From assembly GCA_035480055.1 (NCBI GenBank), contig DATIIB010000007.1:68360-132359 (forward strand): 64,000 bases of DNA. The letters run 5' to 3'. Under the pieces are notes generated by a model, which was not told the origin of the DNA, made no database searches, and saw nothing but the letters and a program-made list of their open reading frames with translations. The number at the start of each line of letters is the position of its first letter. Within the stretch, counting starts at the first letter, position 1. This DNA comes from Candidatus Saccharimonadales bacterium. Lineage in GTDB: Bacteria; Patescibacteriota; Saccharimonadia; Saccharimonadales; DASZAF01. Shown here piece by piece: positions 40,414-49,004 of this stretch. The position numbers were made by a program, and so were the translations under genes.

Positions 40414-41031
40414 CTATTCGCCCACCGTCCCTGTCTTGACCTCACCGGATCGTTTGTAATACGCGCAGATGACACCATTTGAGGTGACCAGACTGTCGGT
40501 CATGGTAAAGGCCGCGGCAATCGTGCCCTCGCCAAACAGACGCTTACCCGTACCGAGCGTGATTGGGAATGTCATCAAACATAACTCATCCACCAGATCA
40601 TGCTTGAATAGCGTCTGGGCCAGATTGCCACTGCCATGAACCTTTATGGCAGGACCATCCGAGTTCTTGAGCTTTTTGATGTCATCCAGACCAGTCAGTA
40701 GCACCGAATTCTTCCAACCTGAATTTTCCACGTCTGACGCGCTCATCGTATCGCTCACGACATATTTGGTGACATCTATGATGCCCGGCCACATATCAGC
40801 ATGCTTGGGCCAGTATCCGGCGAATATCTCGAATGTCTTTTGGCCTAACAGAATATCCGTTGACTCCATCCATCTTTTCATAAAGTCATCAGCGGATTTA
40901 TCGGCTTCGGCAAAGTACGGCGCGGTCCAACCGCCGTATCTAAAATCGCTCGACGTATCTTCCTCTGGGGCGCCAGGGGCCTGCATCACTCCATCTAGCG
41001 TGATAAATTCTTGGACGATTATTTTTCTCAT
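40414..41031 (-). CDS. dihydrofolate reductase-like (RibD C-terminal domain) family protein
   Basis: 205 aa with the MRKIIVQEFITLDGVMQAPG N-terminus typical of this family. Confidence 0.8.
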   Translation of the reverse strand: MRKIIVQEFITLDGVMQAPGAPEEDTSSDFRYGGWTAPYFAEADKSADDFMKRWMESTDILLGQKTFEIFAGYWPKHADMWPGIIDVTKYVVSDTMSASDVENSGWKNSVLLTGLDDIKKLKNSDGPAIKVHGSGNLAQTLFKHDLVDELCLMTFPITLGTGKRLFGEGTIAAAFTMTDSLVTSNGVICAYYKRSGEVKTGTVGE

Positions 41032-41100
41032 ACTTTATGGCTCCTTCTTCCCGACTAACTACTTTTTAGTGTAGCAGATGAGATAGACTCTAAAGCATGG

Positions 41101-41715
41101 TTAGGCAGCCGTTTCCCCCTGAAACAGTAATATCCATTCACCCAGCTTTTCTCGATCAACTAACTCGCAGCCACTTTCCGCAGCAAGAAATGTCGCTGCT
41201 TTCGTAAAGGTACTGTTAGTGACGACCATCGCCTTCGTACATCCATACTGTCTTACCGCCATACCGGTCACCGCTTCTCGAATAGGCTTCTGATCAAGTT
41301 TCTTGGCGTAGCGTTTTATTTGGATGGCCGTCCTCACACGATCTTTAGTGGCGACAATATCAACGCCATAGTCTCCACTTCGTGGTGTCATGCGTATCTT
41401 ATAGCCTTGAAAACGAAGTAATACAGCAACATACTCTTCAAACTCTTCTCCAGTCATAGCATCTATGTGAGCGACCTGAAGAGCGCGGAGCGCCTTTTGC
41501 TTCATCCGTTGTTTGTATGTCAGCCACAAATAGAAGCTCCCACCCAAAAGTATGGTGATAAGAAAGAAGATACTTGCGACCAGCCCTAGATTAGGATCAT
41601 CCATGCCTTGCCGTATGCCAAGTGTCACAAGGATAGCAAACAGAATTGCTACAAACTCCATTTCTTGCAGGAGTGCGGTTTTTCTGGAGCGACGGTATCG
41701 TTTCTTGGTGGTCAT
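41101..41715 (-). CDS. membrane-anchored Mrr-type restriction endonuclease domain protein
   Basis: Probable start at MTTKKRY. Two TM helices, then EEFEEYVAVLL...GDYGVDIVA...AIQIKRY (Mrr_cat-like). Confidence 0.65.
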   Translation of the reverse strand: MTTKKRYRRSRKTALLQEMEFVAILFAILVTLGIRQGMDDPNLGLVASIFFLITILLGGSFYLWLTYKQRMKQKALRALQVAHIDAMTGEEFEEYVAVLLRFQGYKIRMTPRSGDYGVDIVATKDRVRTAIQIKRYAKKLDQKPIREAVTGMAVRQYGCTKAMVVTNSTFTKAATFLAAESGCELVDREKLGEWILLFQGETAA

Positions 41716-41735
41716 ACTAACTTGATGATAGCAGA

Positions 41736-42362
41736 CTACACCACTCTCCACGCATCCCCATCTATCACCAGCGCCTGCGCATCCCTTAAAGGTGCCGTCT
41801 TGAATCCATCCTCTACGAGCTTGCTATTAATGTCATCAACTATTGCCGCAAACTTAGGGTTGTCCATGTGCGGCACCACAACTCGATCGGTAAGATGCAA
41901 CCCATCGAGCATAACTTCTGGTGCGTCCGCTGGATCGTCTGCAGTTTCAAAATGTTTGAGTGTCGGTCCGGCAATAATTGCGCCAGCACTTCCGCCACCA
42001 TACACTTTGCCTTTTTGAGCAAACTCCGCAATCAGCTTCTCCACTCCAATATCTTTTAAAAGCCACCGCAAGTAATACGTATTGCCGCCACCAAACCACA
42101 TAACGTCTTTGGAGATAAGTTTATCTTTTAATTCAGGCAGCTTACCTTTGTACTTCCTGATGTCGATGATCTCAACATCAAAGCCATGACTCTGAATGGC
42201 AGCTCGATTGCTGTTCACCCAGGCACGCGAGCCTTCGGCATATGTATCAGCAGCGTTTTCTATGAGCGCCAGTTTGATATCTTTAGGATCTTTGCCAACG
42301 AGCTGCGCAAGTTCTGTACTTTGGGGATCGGAAATCGCAAGGGAAGAGAGAAATAGTTTCAT
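41736..42362 (-). CDS. peptidase S51 / type-1 glutamine amidotransferase-like protein
   Basis: 208 aa with FGGGNTYYL and GGGSAGAIIAG. Confidence 0.7.
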   Translation of the reverse strand: MKLFLSSLAISDPQSTELAQLVGKDPKDIKLALIENAADTYAEGSRAWVNSNRAAIQSHGFDVEIIDIRKYKGKLPELKDKLISKDVMWFGGGNTYYLRWLLKDIGVEKLIAEFAQKGKVYGGGSAGAIIAGPTLKHFETADDPADAPEVMLDGLHLTDRVVVPHMDNPKFAAIVDDINSKLVEDGFKTAPLRDAQALVIDGDAWRVV

Positions 42363-42376
42363 GTTGTAATGATACC

Positions 42377-42781
42377 TTACTTACCTTTTAAGTTAGGGTT
42401 ACTCTTCATTTCATCTAAACTTGCCCTTACTAGCTTTACAATAAGCGCGGGAGACAGCTCACTTGTTTCAGGAAAACCTATGATACCTGTGCTGATCTTG
42501 CAACCTTTAAGTTCTTTAGTGTGATTTTCAGCGACTGGTGGTCGGACGTGAAGCCTTACAAAGGGAGATTTGTAGCTAAACCAAACGAACATACCATTAT
42601 AGTCATAGCCTTCGTAACAGTAACCTGGAATGCCAAAGTAGCTTACAGTTTCAATTGCATCAGGCGCTACCTTACGGATTGCAGATCTGATTATTGTAAG
42701 CTTGTTTTGAATTTCTTTTGGATATTCAAGAATATATTCTTCTACGCCACCAGGAATGACCTTTTTGCTGGAATTACTCAT
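42377..42781 (-). CDS. DUF1801 (YdhG-like) protein
   Basis: 134 aa with a DUF1801-like layout. Confidence 0.65.
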   Translation of the reverse strand: MSNSSKKVIPGGVEEYILEYPKEIQNKLTIIRSAIRKVAPDAIETVSYFGIPGYCYEGYDYNGMFVWFSYKSPFVRLHVRPPVAENHTKELKGCKISTGIIGFPETSELSPALIVKLVRASLDEMKSNPNLKGK

Positions 42782-42940
42782 TACTATTAATCATAACAAA
42801 ATACACCCGAAAGGGTGTAATCGACAAAATAACTAAATTGTGCGGCTGGTGAATAATAGGCGGAACCAATTGGAGCCAAGTTTACGCCTGGTGCACGAAA
42901 AACTAGTCGGGTTTGGATTAGTGATTGATGGAGAGATTAG

Positions 42941-43930
42941 CTAAGATGCTCTCGCTACCAAACGCTGGAATTCTTCAAACGAAGGAGGATCGGCACCCGG
43001 AATCTGCTTGGCAATGCCTTGCAGTAAGACATAATCATTTCGAGCGTTCATGCCATGCCCAGTGTGGGCGCCCCAACCGTGCGCATTCGCTTCCTCAACA
43101 ATTTTGACATCAAGATGAGGGCGGAGGTCGACGAACATGCCGTTATGAGCGCCTTTTTGGATGAGTTCCCAGAGTTCGGATTCATTGGTTGCGCCTTCTT
43201 TGCCGGCTGCATTAATGACGATTACTCCGTCCGGTAATCCTGACTCCAGCATGCCACGAAGTGATCCTGAAAAACTTGTAGGAACTTGGGCCACTTCACC
43301 TAGGTGGATAGCAAAGTCAGTTTTGTCGATCACATCTACTAACAAAAGGTTGCTTGGCTTTTCGGCAGCAATCTTTTTAGCGATTGGCTCGCCCACACCA
43401 CCAATCCCAACCAAAACCACTGGTTTGTCCTTGAAAGGCCCAACTTCCTCTTCGTACCACTCAACAAAGGCAGTAGAATTTAGGTCGTATGGTGCAAGAT
43501 TTCCATTGTCATTACGAATGAGCGTGTCAACATTCGCTTCGCTATCGGCATCGCCCAAGTATAGCTCGCGCAGCACTGGGCTGCTTTTATGCGGCTGCGT
43601 AATATTAACAGCTGGAATATCAGCGCGATTTTGGACAGATTTAAAGAAAGCGCTAAGTGAATCCAAATCGCCTCCGGCGATATTGACCGGCACGTACAAA
43701 AACTTTGGCAGTACTTGGTTCATATACACACGGCTGGTCGATTTATTCCAGCCATCGGCATCTTTCTCGGCAACATATGGACAAAAGGTAAAACCTTGAT
43801 ATTCTTCGGCAAAAGATGCAAAACTCTCTAAGCCATCTGCGACGGGAATTTTGTTATGGAGAAAAGGATACTCTGGACTATTCATTGGCTCACGCTCTAT
43901 ATCTGTCATGGCTTGATTATAACGAATCAA
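42941..43930 (-). CDS. shikimate/quinate dehydrogenase-like protein (divergent)
   Basis: 329 aa with NITQPHK (compare NVTxPxK) and Rossmann VVLVGIGGVGEPIAKK. Confidence 0.45.
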   Translation of the reverse strand: MIRYNQAMTDIEREPMNSPEYPFLHNKIPVADGLESFASFAEEYQGFTFCPYVAEKDADGWNKSTSRVYMNQVLPKFLYVPVNIAGGDLDSLSAFFKSVQNRADIPAVNITQPHKSSPVLRELYLGDADSEANVDTLIRNDNGNLAPYDLNSTAFVEWYEEEVGPFKDKPVVLVGIGGVGEPIAKKIAAEKPSNLLLVDVIDKTDFAIHLGEVAQVPTSFSGSLRGMLESGLPDGVIVINAAGKEGATNESELWELIQKGAHNGMFVDLRPHLDVKIVEEANAHGWGAHTGHGMNARNDYVLLQGIAKQIPGADPPSFEEFQRLVARAS

Positions 43931-44106
43931 GCAGGAATCTAGTGCAACAGATTGTGTATGGAGGGCAGATAATCTTGTAGATATGCTATCCTACATACAG
44001 TCTCGTGAGGACTTGGAGAAAATAAACAATCAATAAAACAAACGGAGGTTTTCATGACCACATTATTAAAGATGCGCTTTTACCGAAATTACGGCGAGGC
44101 ACGACA

Positions 44107-44979
44107 ATGAATTCGTCCATAAGCAAACACGAGATCAACACTCACGGTCTTATCGGCGAATTATTTGTGCCGCAAGGCGAGGGGCCATTCCCAGCTGTTA
44201 TGTGCATTGGTGGCTCAAGCGGCGGTGCTAAGACCGCTGCCGCCCCACTACTCGCTGAGGCGGGCTTTGTAGCTTTCTCGTTGGGTTACTTTGGTGCTCC
44301 GGGCTTGCCGGAAGAATTTGCCGAGCTTCCGCTCGAGACCTTTGAACACGGAGTAGACTGGCTACTGCAACAGCCGATGGTACAAGGACCGAAGGTCGGC
44401 GTCACCGGAACGTCGCGCGGCTCCGAAGCTGCTTTGCAGGTAGCGGCCCTTACCTCAAAAGTCGGTGCAGTTGCGGCGTATGTGCCAAGTGGCATTCGTT
44501 GGATGGGCGTTGAGGGGCGACCGTCATGGACATATCACGGCAAGCCGCTTCCTTACGTCCAGTGGCAAAACGATTTTGAAGAAGACGGCGCCGTTGCGAA
44601 GGCCGATAGATTCAATCATGTTCTCGACGACCCAAGCGCCTACGCCGCAGCCGAAATCGAGTTAGAAAAAGCTGCTTGCCCCATATTGCTTATCTCTGGC
44701 AAAGACGACCAGTTGTGGCCATCGGAGCGAATGGCGAATCTAATCATGGAACGGCTCAAAAAGCATAATTACCCATACCATTACGAGCATATTGCCTATC
44801 CCAATGCTGGACATCGTATAAAAGTGCCGGGGCTTGGCCGCGAGAGCTATGAGCCGGTCAGTGAGGACACCGTTACTCATGAAATGTTGAGCTTGGGTGG
44901 AACTTACGAAGGTAATAAGGCCGCCAGCGAGCAATCTTGGGACAAGATGATAGGTTTTTTCCAAGCAGCACAGGGGTAG
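44107..44979 (+). CDS. alpha/beta hydrolase, BAAT/acyl-CoA thioesterase C-terminal-like
   Basis: 290 aa with nucleophile elbow GTSRGSEAAL and C-terminal GHRI. Confidence 0.65.
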   Translation: MNSSISKHEINTHGLIGELFVPQGEGPFPAVMCIGGSSGGAKTAAAPLLAEAGFVAFSLGYFGAPGLPEEFAELPLETFEHGVDWLLQQPMVQGPKVGVTGTSRGSEAALQVAALTSKVGAVAAYVPSGIRWMGVEGRPSWTYHGKPLPYVQWQNDFEEDGAVAKADRFNHVLDDPSAYAAAEIELEKAACPILLISGKDDQLWPSERMANLIMERLKKHNYPYHYEHIAYPNAGHRIKVPGLGRESYEPVSEDTVTHEMLSLGGTYEGNKAASEQSWDKMIGFFQAAQG

Positions 44980-44986
44980 CAGGCTT

Positions 44987-45436
44987 CTACTTTTCTGCTT
45001 TCCACAATATTTTATCTATAGGCCCATCTTGGGACTTCGATTTTATATGCTCATAAGACCGCTGCACGATTTGTGCAAGGACTGGTAGTTCTACATCACT
45101 AAGCCGCTTGATATAGATACAATAGCCAGCGATGGTATGTTTACCCAGCTTAGTTAGTAAGTCAGAGTAGCGCGCCGTGCCGTCTATCAGGTAAACGGTA
45201 ATCTTGCCTTTTCGGGGATAAAAGCCGATGACATGACCATCGCCCTCGCGGCCACTGTCGTATTTGTAATGGTACGTATCAAACCCGATAGTACCCACGT
45301 TCCACAGCTTGGGCTCATGCCCGCTTATCCGCTGCATCATTTCGATAAGCACGTGGCTATCTGTGGCGGTTTGCTCATCCAGTGAAGCAATATAGTCTTT
45401 GACCGCGTTATCTTTGTGAGTTGTTGTGTGATTCAT
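44987..45436 (-). CDS. DUF1801 protein
   Basis: 149 aa with a DUF1801-like layout (DYIASLDEQ...WNVGTIGF). Confidence 0.65.
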   Translation of the reverse strand: MNHTTTHKDNAVKDYIASLDEQTATDSHVLIEMMQRISGHEPKLWNVGTIGFDTYHYKYDSGREGDGHVIGFYPRKGKITVYLIDGTARYSDLLTKLGKHTIAGYCIYIKRLSDVELPVLAQIVQRSYEHIKSKSQDGPIDKILWKAEK

Positions 45437-45473
45437 AACTGTATTCTACCAAAAAGCAGAACAAAAGATGATA

Positions 45474-45836
45474 TCAACCAGCTTTAGCTAACGCCTGACT
45501 GATTAACCCACTAAGGTCTGATTGGCTAATCGTTTGGCCTTTGGTCAAGTCAATACTACGTGACTTGGCAGACTCAAGGCCGTTGTTGAATAGTCCATTC
45601 GGATCGCTCAATACTGCACCGTTAAGGATGAAGTTATACTTGACGTGACTCTTAAATGCTGCCATCGTGAAGACTACTTTTGATTTAAAGATAAATGCAG
45701 GTACGCCCCACTTTACTTCTTCTGTCACTTCGCTTGATGCCAGATGAATTTGCTGTCTAAAATTTTCTAGAAACTTAGCTTGCCAATCGGGCAAAGCGGC
45801 AATATAAGCCTGAGTATCTTTTGCAGGGCTATTCAT
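45474..45836 (-). CDS. DUF1801 protein
   Basis: The ORF runs to 45866, but the probable start is MNSPAKD at 45836, directly after the stop of the upstream fragment. Confidence 0.65.
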   Translation of the reverse strand: MNSPAKDTQAYIAALPDWQAKFLENFRQQIHLASSEVTEEVKWGVPAFIFKSKVVFTMAAFKSHVKYNFILNGAVLSDPNGLFNNGLESAKSRSIDLTKGQTISQSDLSGLISQALAKAG

Positions 45837-45837
45837 A

Positions 45838-46119
45838 TTACTTCCAAACGCTGAGCAAAACTGCATTAATAGGCATTACTATCAAAAAGAAGCTGGCATT
45901 GAGCCACCAAAATTTCCAACTAAGTCGCGAGTATAGATTATTGCCAACTGTCGTTGCGGCCGTGAAACCGGCCCACAGTAACAGCCCGGCTACCAAGCCA
46001 TCTCCAACTGTTTTTGCGTGTAACGACTTCACGATTATGGCTAGGACGATAACTTGCATGAGCGAAGCTATTGCAACGGAGACAATTGCTTTATTGGCGA
46101 GATTTTTGGGCATTTTCAT
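45838..46119 (-). pseudogene. DUF1761 gene, C-terminal fragment (split by transposon)
   Basis: The 93-aa fragment (M)KMPKNLANKAIVSV...WWLNASFFLIVMPINAVLLSVWK joins in frame with the N-terminal fragment at 53428-53563 once 46120-53431 is removed. Confidence 0.75.
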
Positions 46120-46144
46120 AACGCGCCTATATACTTGACAGACC
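46120..46144 (+). repeat. left terminal inverted repeat AACGCGCCTATATACTTGACAGACC
   Basis: Reverse complement of 53403-53427 except for one position (G vs T at position 18). Confidence 0.8.
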
Positions 46145-46170
46145 CACCCCAGTTAATATAAACTACTAGT

Positions 46171-47229
46171 ATGAGTTTATTCGCCTTCCAACAACAATTC
46201 CCAGATGAGACTGCATGTCTCGCATTCTTGGAAACACAACGCTGGGGCGAGAATGGCGTCAATAGATACTGCCCGCACTGCGGCAGTCTCAAGTCATACA
46301 AGTTCGCTGACGGTAAGCTCTTCAAATGTGGGGACTGCCGCAAAAAGTTCACCGTTAAAGTCGGTACCATGTTTAGCGATAGCCATATACCCTTACAAAA
46401 ATGGTTCTACGCCATCTATCTCAATACCTCACTCAAAAAAGGCATCTCGTCCATCCAGCTTGCAAAGTATCTCGGCATCACCCAAAAGACCGCCTGGTTC
46501 ATGCTGCAACGTATTCGCTACAGCGTCGAAAAAGCCGGACGCGGTGATCTACTTGGCAATATTGTCGAAGCCGACGAAACCTATGTCGGGGGCAAGAAAC
46601 ACGACGGTATGCGTGGTCGTGGCGCAAGCGGCAAAACGCCGGTTGTCGGGATTGCCGAACGCAAAGGCGAAATCCGCCTAGCGGTCACCGAAGACACCAC
46701 GGCAAGCACTCTAGACAAAGTCATTACTGACAATGTCACACCTGGTGCAACCGTCATGACCGACGAGTACCGGCCGTACAATCATGTCACGCGTCTTGGC
46801 TATGAGCATCGCCGCGTCAATCACAGTGCAAAGGACTTCGTTATTGGCGAGAACCACACCAACACTATTGAAGGTGCATGGAGCCACCTAAAACTTAGCA
46901 TCCGAGCCATCTATATTGGCGTCAGTCCGAAGCACTTGCAGAAATACTGCGCGGAATACGAGTACCGCTACAATACACGCGAGCTAAAAGACGATGAGCG
47001 TTTTGATAAATGGTTCGGCCATGTCAATGTCAAGAATCTCCGCTACAAAGACCTGATTGGTGTTGGCAGGTTCGTGATGGCTCCGGCAGGCATTGCACCG
47101 ACACCCAAAACAGCAACCCTTTCAGTGCTATCCAAAGACCGGCTCAAAAAGCGCCGCCTTACGGAGCAAGATAAACCTCGCGGCTTGCCTGGTGAGGATG
47201 AGCTACTGAGTAATTCAGAACTCCTGTAA
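46171..47229 (+). CDS. IS1595 family transposase
   Basis: 352 aa with an N-terminal transposase zinc-ribbon (CPHCGS...CGDCRKKFTVKVGTMF) and an ISXO2-like DDE domain (VEADETYVGGK...). Confidence 0.85.
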   Translation: MSLFAFQQQFPDETACLAFLETQRWGENGVNRYCPHCGSLKSYKFADGKLFKCGDCRKKFTVKVGTMFSDSHIPLQKWFYAIYLNTSLKKGISSIQLAKYLGITQKTAWFMLQRIRYSVEKAGRGDLLGNIVEADETYVGGKKHDGMRGRGASGKTPVVGIAERKGEIRLAVTEDTTASTLDKVITDNVTPGATVMTDEYRPYNHVTRLGYEHRRVNHSAKDFVIGENHTNTIEGAWSHLKLSIRAIYIGVSPKHLQKYCAEYEYRYNTRELKDDERFDKWFGHVNVKNLRYKDLIGVGRFVMAPAGIAPTPKTATLSVLSKDRLKKRRLTEQDKPRGLPGEDELLSNSELL

Positions 47230-47456
47230 GTCGCCCCTGCCCAGCTAATCACTTTGCCCCCAAGGACGAGGGCAAAACTTGCCAGAGTCCAATCTGTTGC
47301 GCTAAACTTTCCGTATCCTCTACCCTTACAAGTAGTGGTGTAGGTGGGGTTGGCTGGGATTGTATGTGCCGATATACCTAAATAACTAAACCGAACTTAA
47401 AAAACTAGCTAAACTAACTACACATCTATATCTATCTAAGAACTGAAAAACAGCAT

Positions 47457-48365
47457 ATGACCGAATTACCTACATTAACGAAGAAACAACAAGAGATATT
47501 AAGGCTCCTATACATTTTTAGGTTTCTCAATCGTATCCAGATACAAGCATTGCTTAACCACAAAGACCCGAAAACCATTAACCTGTGGTTACGTGATCTG
47601 CGAACGAAGGGCTATGTCGAATGGATATACTCAACACACTTTGCTGAAAAGACCAAACCGGCTATCTACTATCTAGCCTTAAACGGAGTGCGGTATTTAC
47701 GAACACTCACCAGAAAAAGCAAGGGCGAAGATGGCGAGATAGAAGTAAGACCAACCTACTCGCCAGCAGAACTCCGCAAACGCTACAAGGAGCCAACCCG
47801 CAGCCAAACATTCATTGACCGCTGCATCCTTGTCGCCGATTGTGTAATTACGCTCAGAAAAGAAGATACCACCAACGAAACTAAAGGCAAGAAACTGCGC
47901 TACTATTACCAAACTGAAGCGGATTATTTACTTGAGCGCAGTTACTACCATTTCGTGCTAGATATAGATGATGAGCTAATACACCCGCACCTTATCTTCT
48001 GCCAGGATAAACTCGACAAAGAGGGCAAGGAGGAAGCAACGCTCGAAAGCTACATCCTGGAAATCTTTGACTCAACCTTGCCGCGCTACCGCATGAAAAA
48101 GCGCCTAGGTGATTACGTGAAGTTCCTTGATGATGAAGGCGATGAATGGAAAGACCAAACCGATACCGAAAAACTACCAATTGTCTTGTTTGTTTGCCCG
48201 CGAATGAGTGATCTTATTTATGCCAAGCGCCGGACGCGAAAACTTGTTGCCGATGCTTGGTATTGGAAAGATGACGTCGTGGAGAAGCCACGGGTGCGGT
48301 TTACGACAGTAGAAAAAATACGAGAGCACGGCTTGTTGGCGAAGGAGATCTGGGAACAGGCATGA
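47457..48365 (+). CDS. replication-relaxation family protein
   Basis: 302 aa. The N-terminal wHTH LTKKQQEILRLLYIFRFLNRIQIQALL...LRDLRTKGYV is typical of this plasmid/MGE family. Confidence 0.6.
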   Translation: MTELPTLTKKQQEILRLLYIFRFLNRIQIQALLNHKDPKTINLWLRDLRTKGYVEWIYSTHFAEKTKPAIYYLALNGVRYLRTLTRKSKGEDGEIEVRPTYSPAELRKRYKEPTRSQTFIDRCILVADCVITLRKEDTTNETKGKKLRYYYQTEADYLLERSYYHFVLDIDDELIHPHLIFCQDKLDKEGKEEATLESYILEIFDSTLPRYRMKKRLGDYVKFLDDEGDEWKDQTDTEKLPIVLFVCPRMSDLIYAKRRTRKLVADAWYWKDDVVEKPRVRFTTVEKIREHGLLAKEIWEQA

Positions 48366-48439
48366 GTCATTACAGAACTTTCGTTTGTACTCAAGTGCCA
48401 CACATCTCACACTGCCCCAAAGTAGAGTACAATTAGCTC

Positions 48440-48886
48440 ATGAAAGATGATCAACCAAAAGCAGGCGTCGGCGTTATAGTTATCAAAAAGGAGAATGATA
48501 AATCGTATGTCATGCTTCATCAACGCAAAGGCTCGCACGCTGCAAACTACTGGGGAAGCGGTGGTGGTCATCTTGAACTGGGCGAATCGTTACAAGGTGG
48601 CGCTCTCCGAGAGCTAAAGGAAGAAGCCGGGGAGGCACTAAAAGTAGACAACGTAAAGTTTTTAGGTGTCATGAACTTTACGGAGATGAAGCCTAAGCAC
48701 TATGTAGATGTAAGTTTTGTTGCAGACTGGATATCGGGCGAACCGACAAACAGTGCTCCCGAAGAAACAACGGATTGGCAGTGGTTCCCTCTGGACGAGC
48801 TACCCAGTCCCCTTTTTCCTCCTGTCGAAAAATATCTTGAAGCCTTAAAGACTGGCCAGAACTTTTTTGATTCGTCGTTCGCGTGA
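48440..48886 (+). CDS. NUDIX hydrolase
   Basis: 148 aa with Nudix box GGGHLELGESLQGGALRELKEEAG. Confidence 0.85.
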   Translation: MKDDQPKAGVGVIVIKKENDKSYVMLHQRKGSHAANYWGSGGGHLELGESLQGGALRELKEEAGEALKVDNVKFLGVMNFTEMKPKHYVDVSFVADWISGEPTNSAPEETTDWQWFPLDELPSPLFPPVEKYLEALKTGQNFFDSSFA

Positions 48887-49004
48887 TCTATACCGGTAAG
48901 GCTTGGCTTGGAGTGGCCTAACCAACCTAGTAAACCTAGTAAAAAAACGGCTTGAGTTCGTTTGATGCTACAATAAGGCTAAACTAGCTAATCGAATAGG
49001 GCAG

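Noticed and set aside
46141-47365. Weak similarity between GACCCACCCCAG (46141) and GTAGGTGGGGTTGG (47340) as alternative IS ends
   Set aside because: Only a few bases match in inverted orientation, far weaker than the 24/25 repeats at 46120 and 53403.
47230-47456. Search for an internal copy of the 25-bp IR that would define a minimal ~1.1-kb IS at the left end of the transposon
   Set aside because: No sequence resembling the IR was found. Only a TTTGCCC/GGGCAAA hairpin (47253-47276) without a T-run is present. The element is therefore treated as one 7.3-kb unit.
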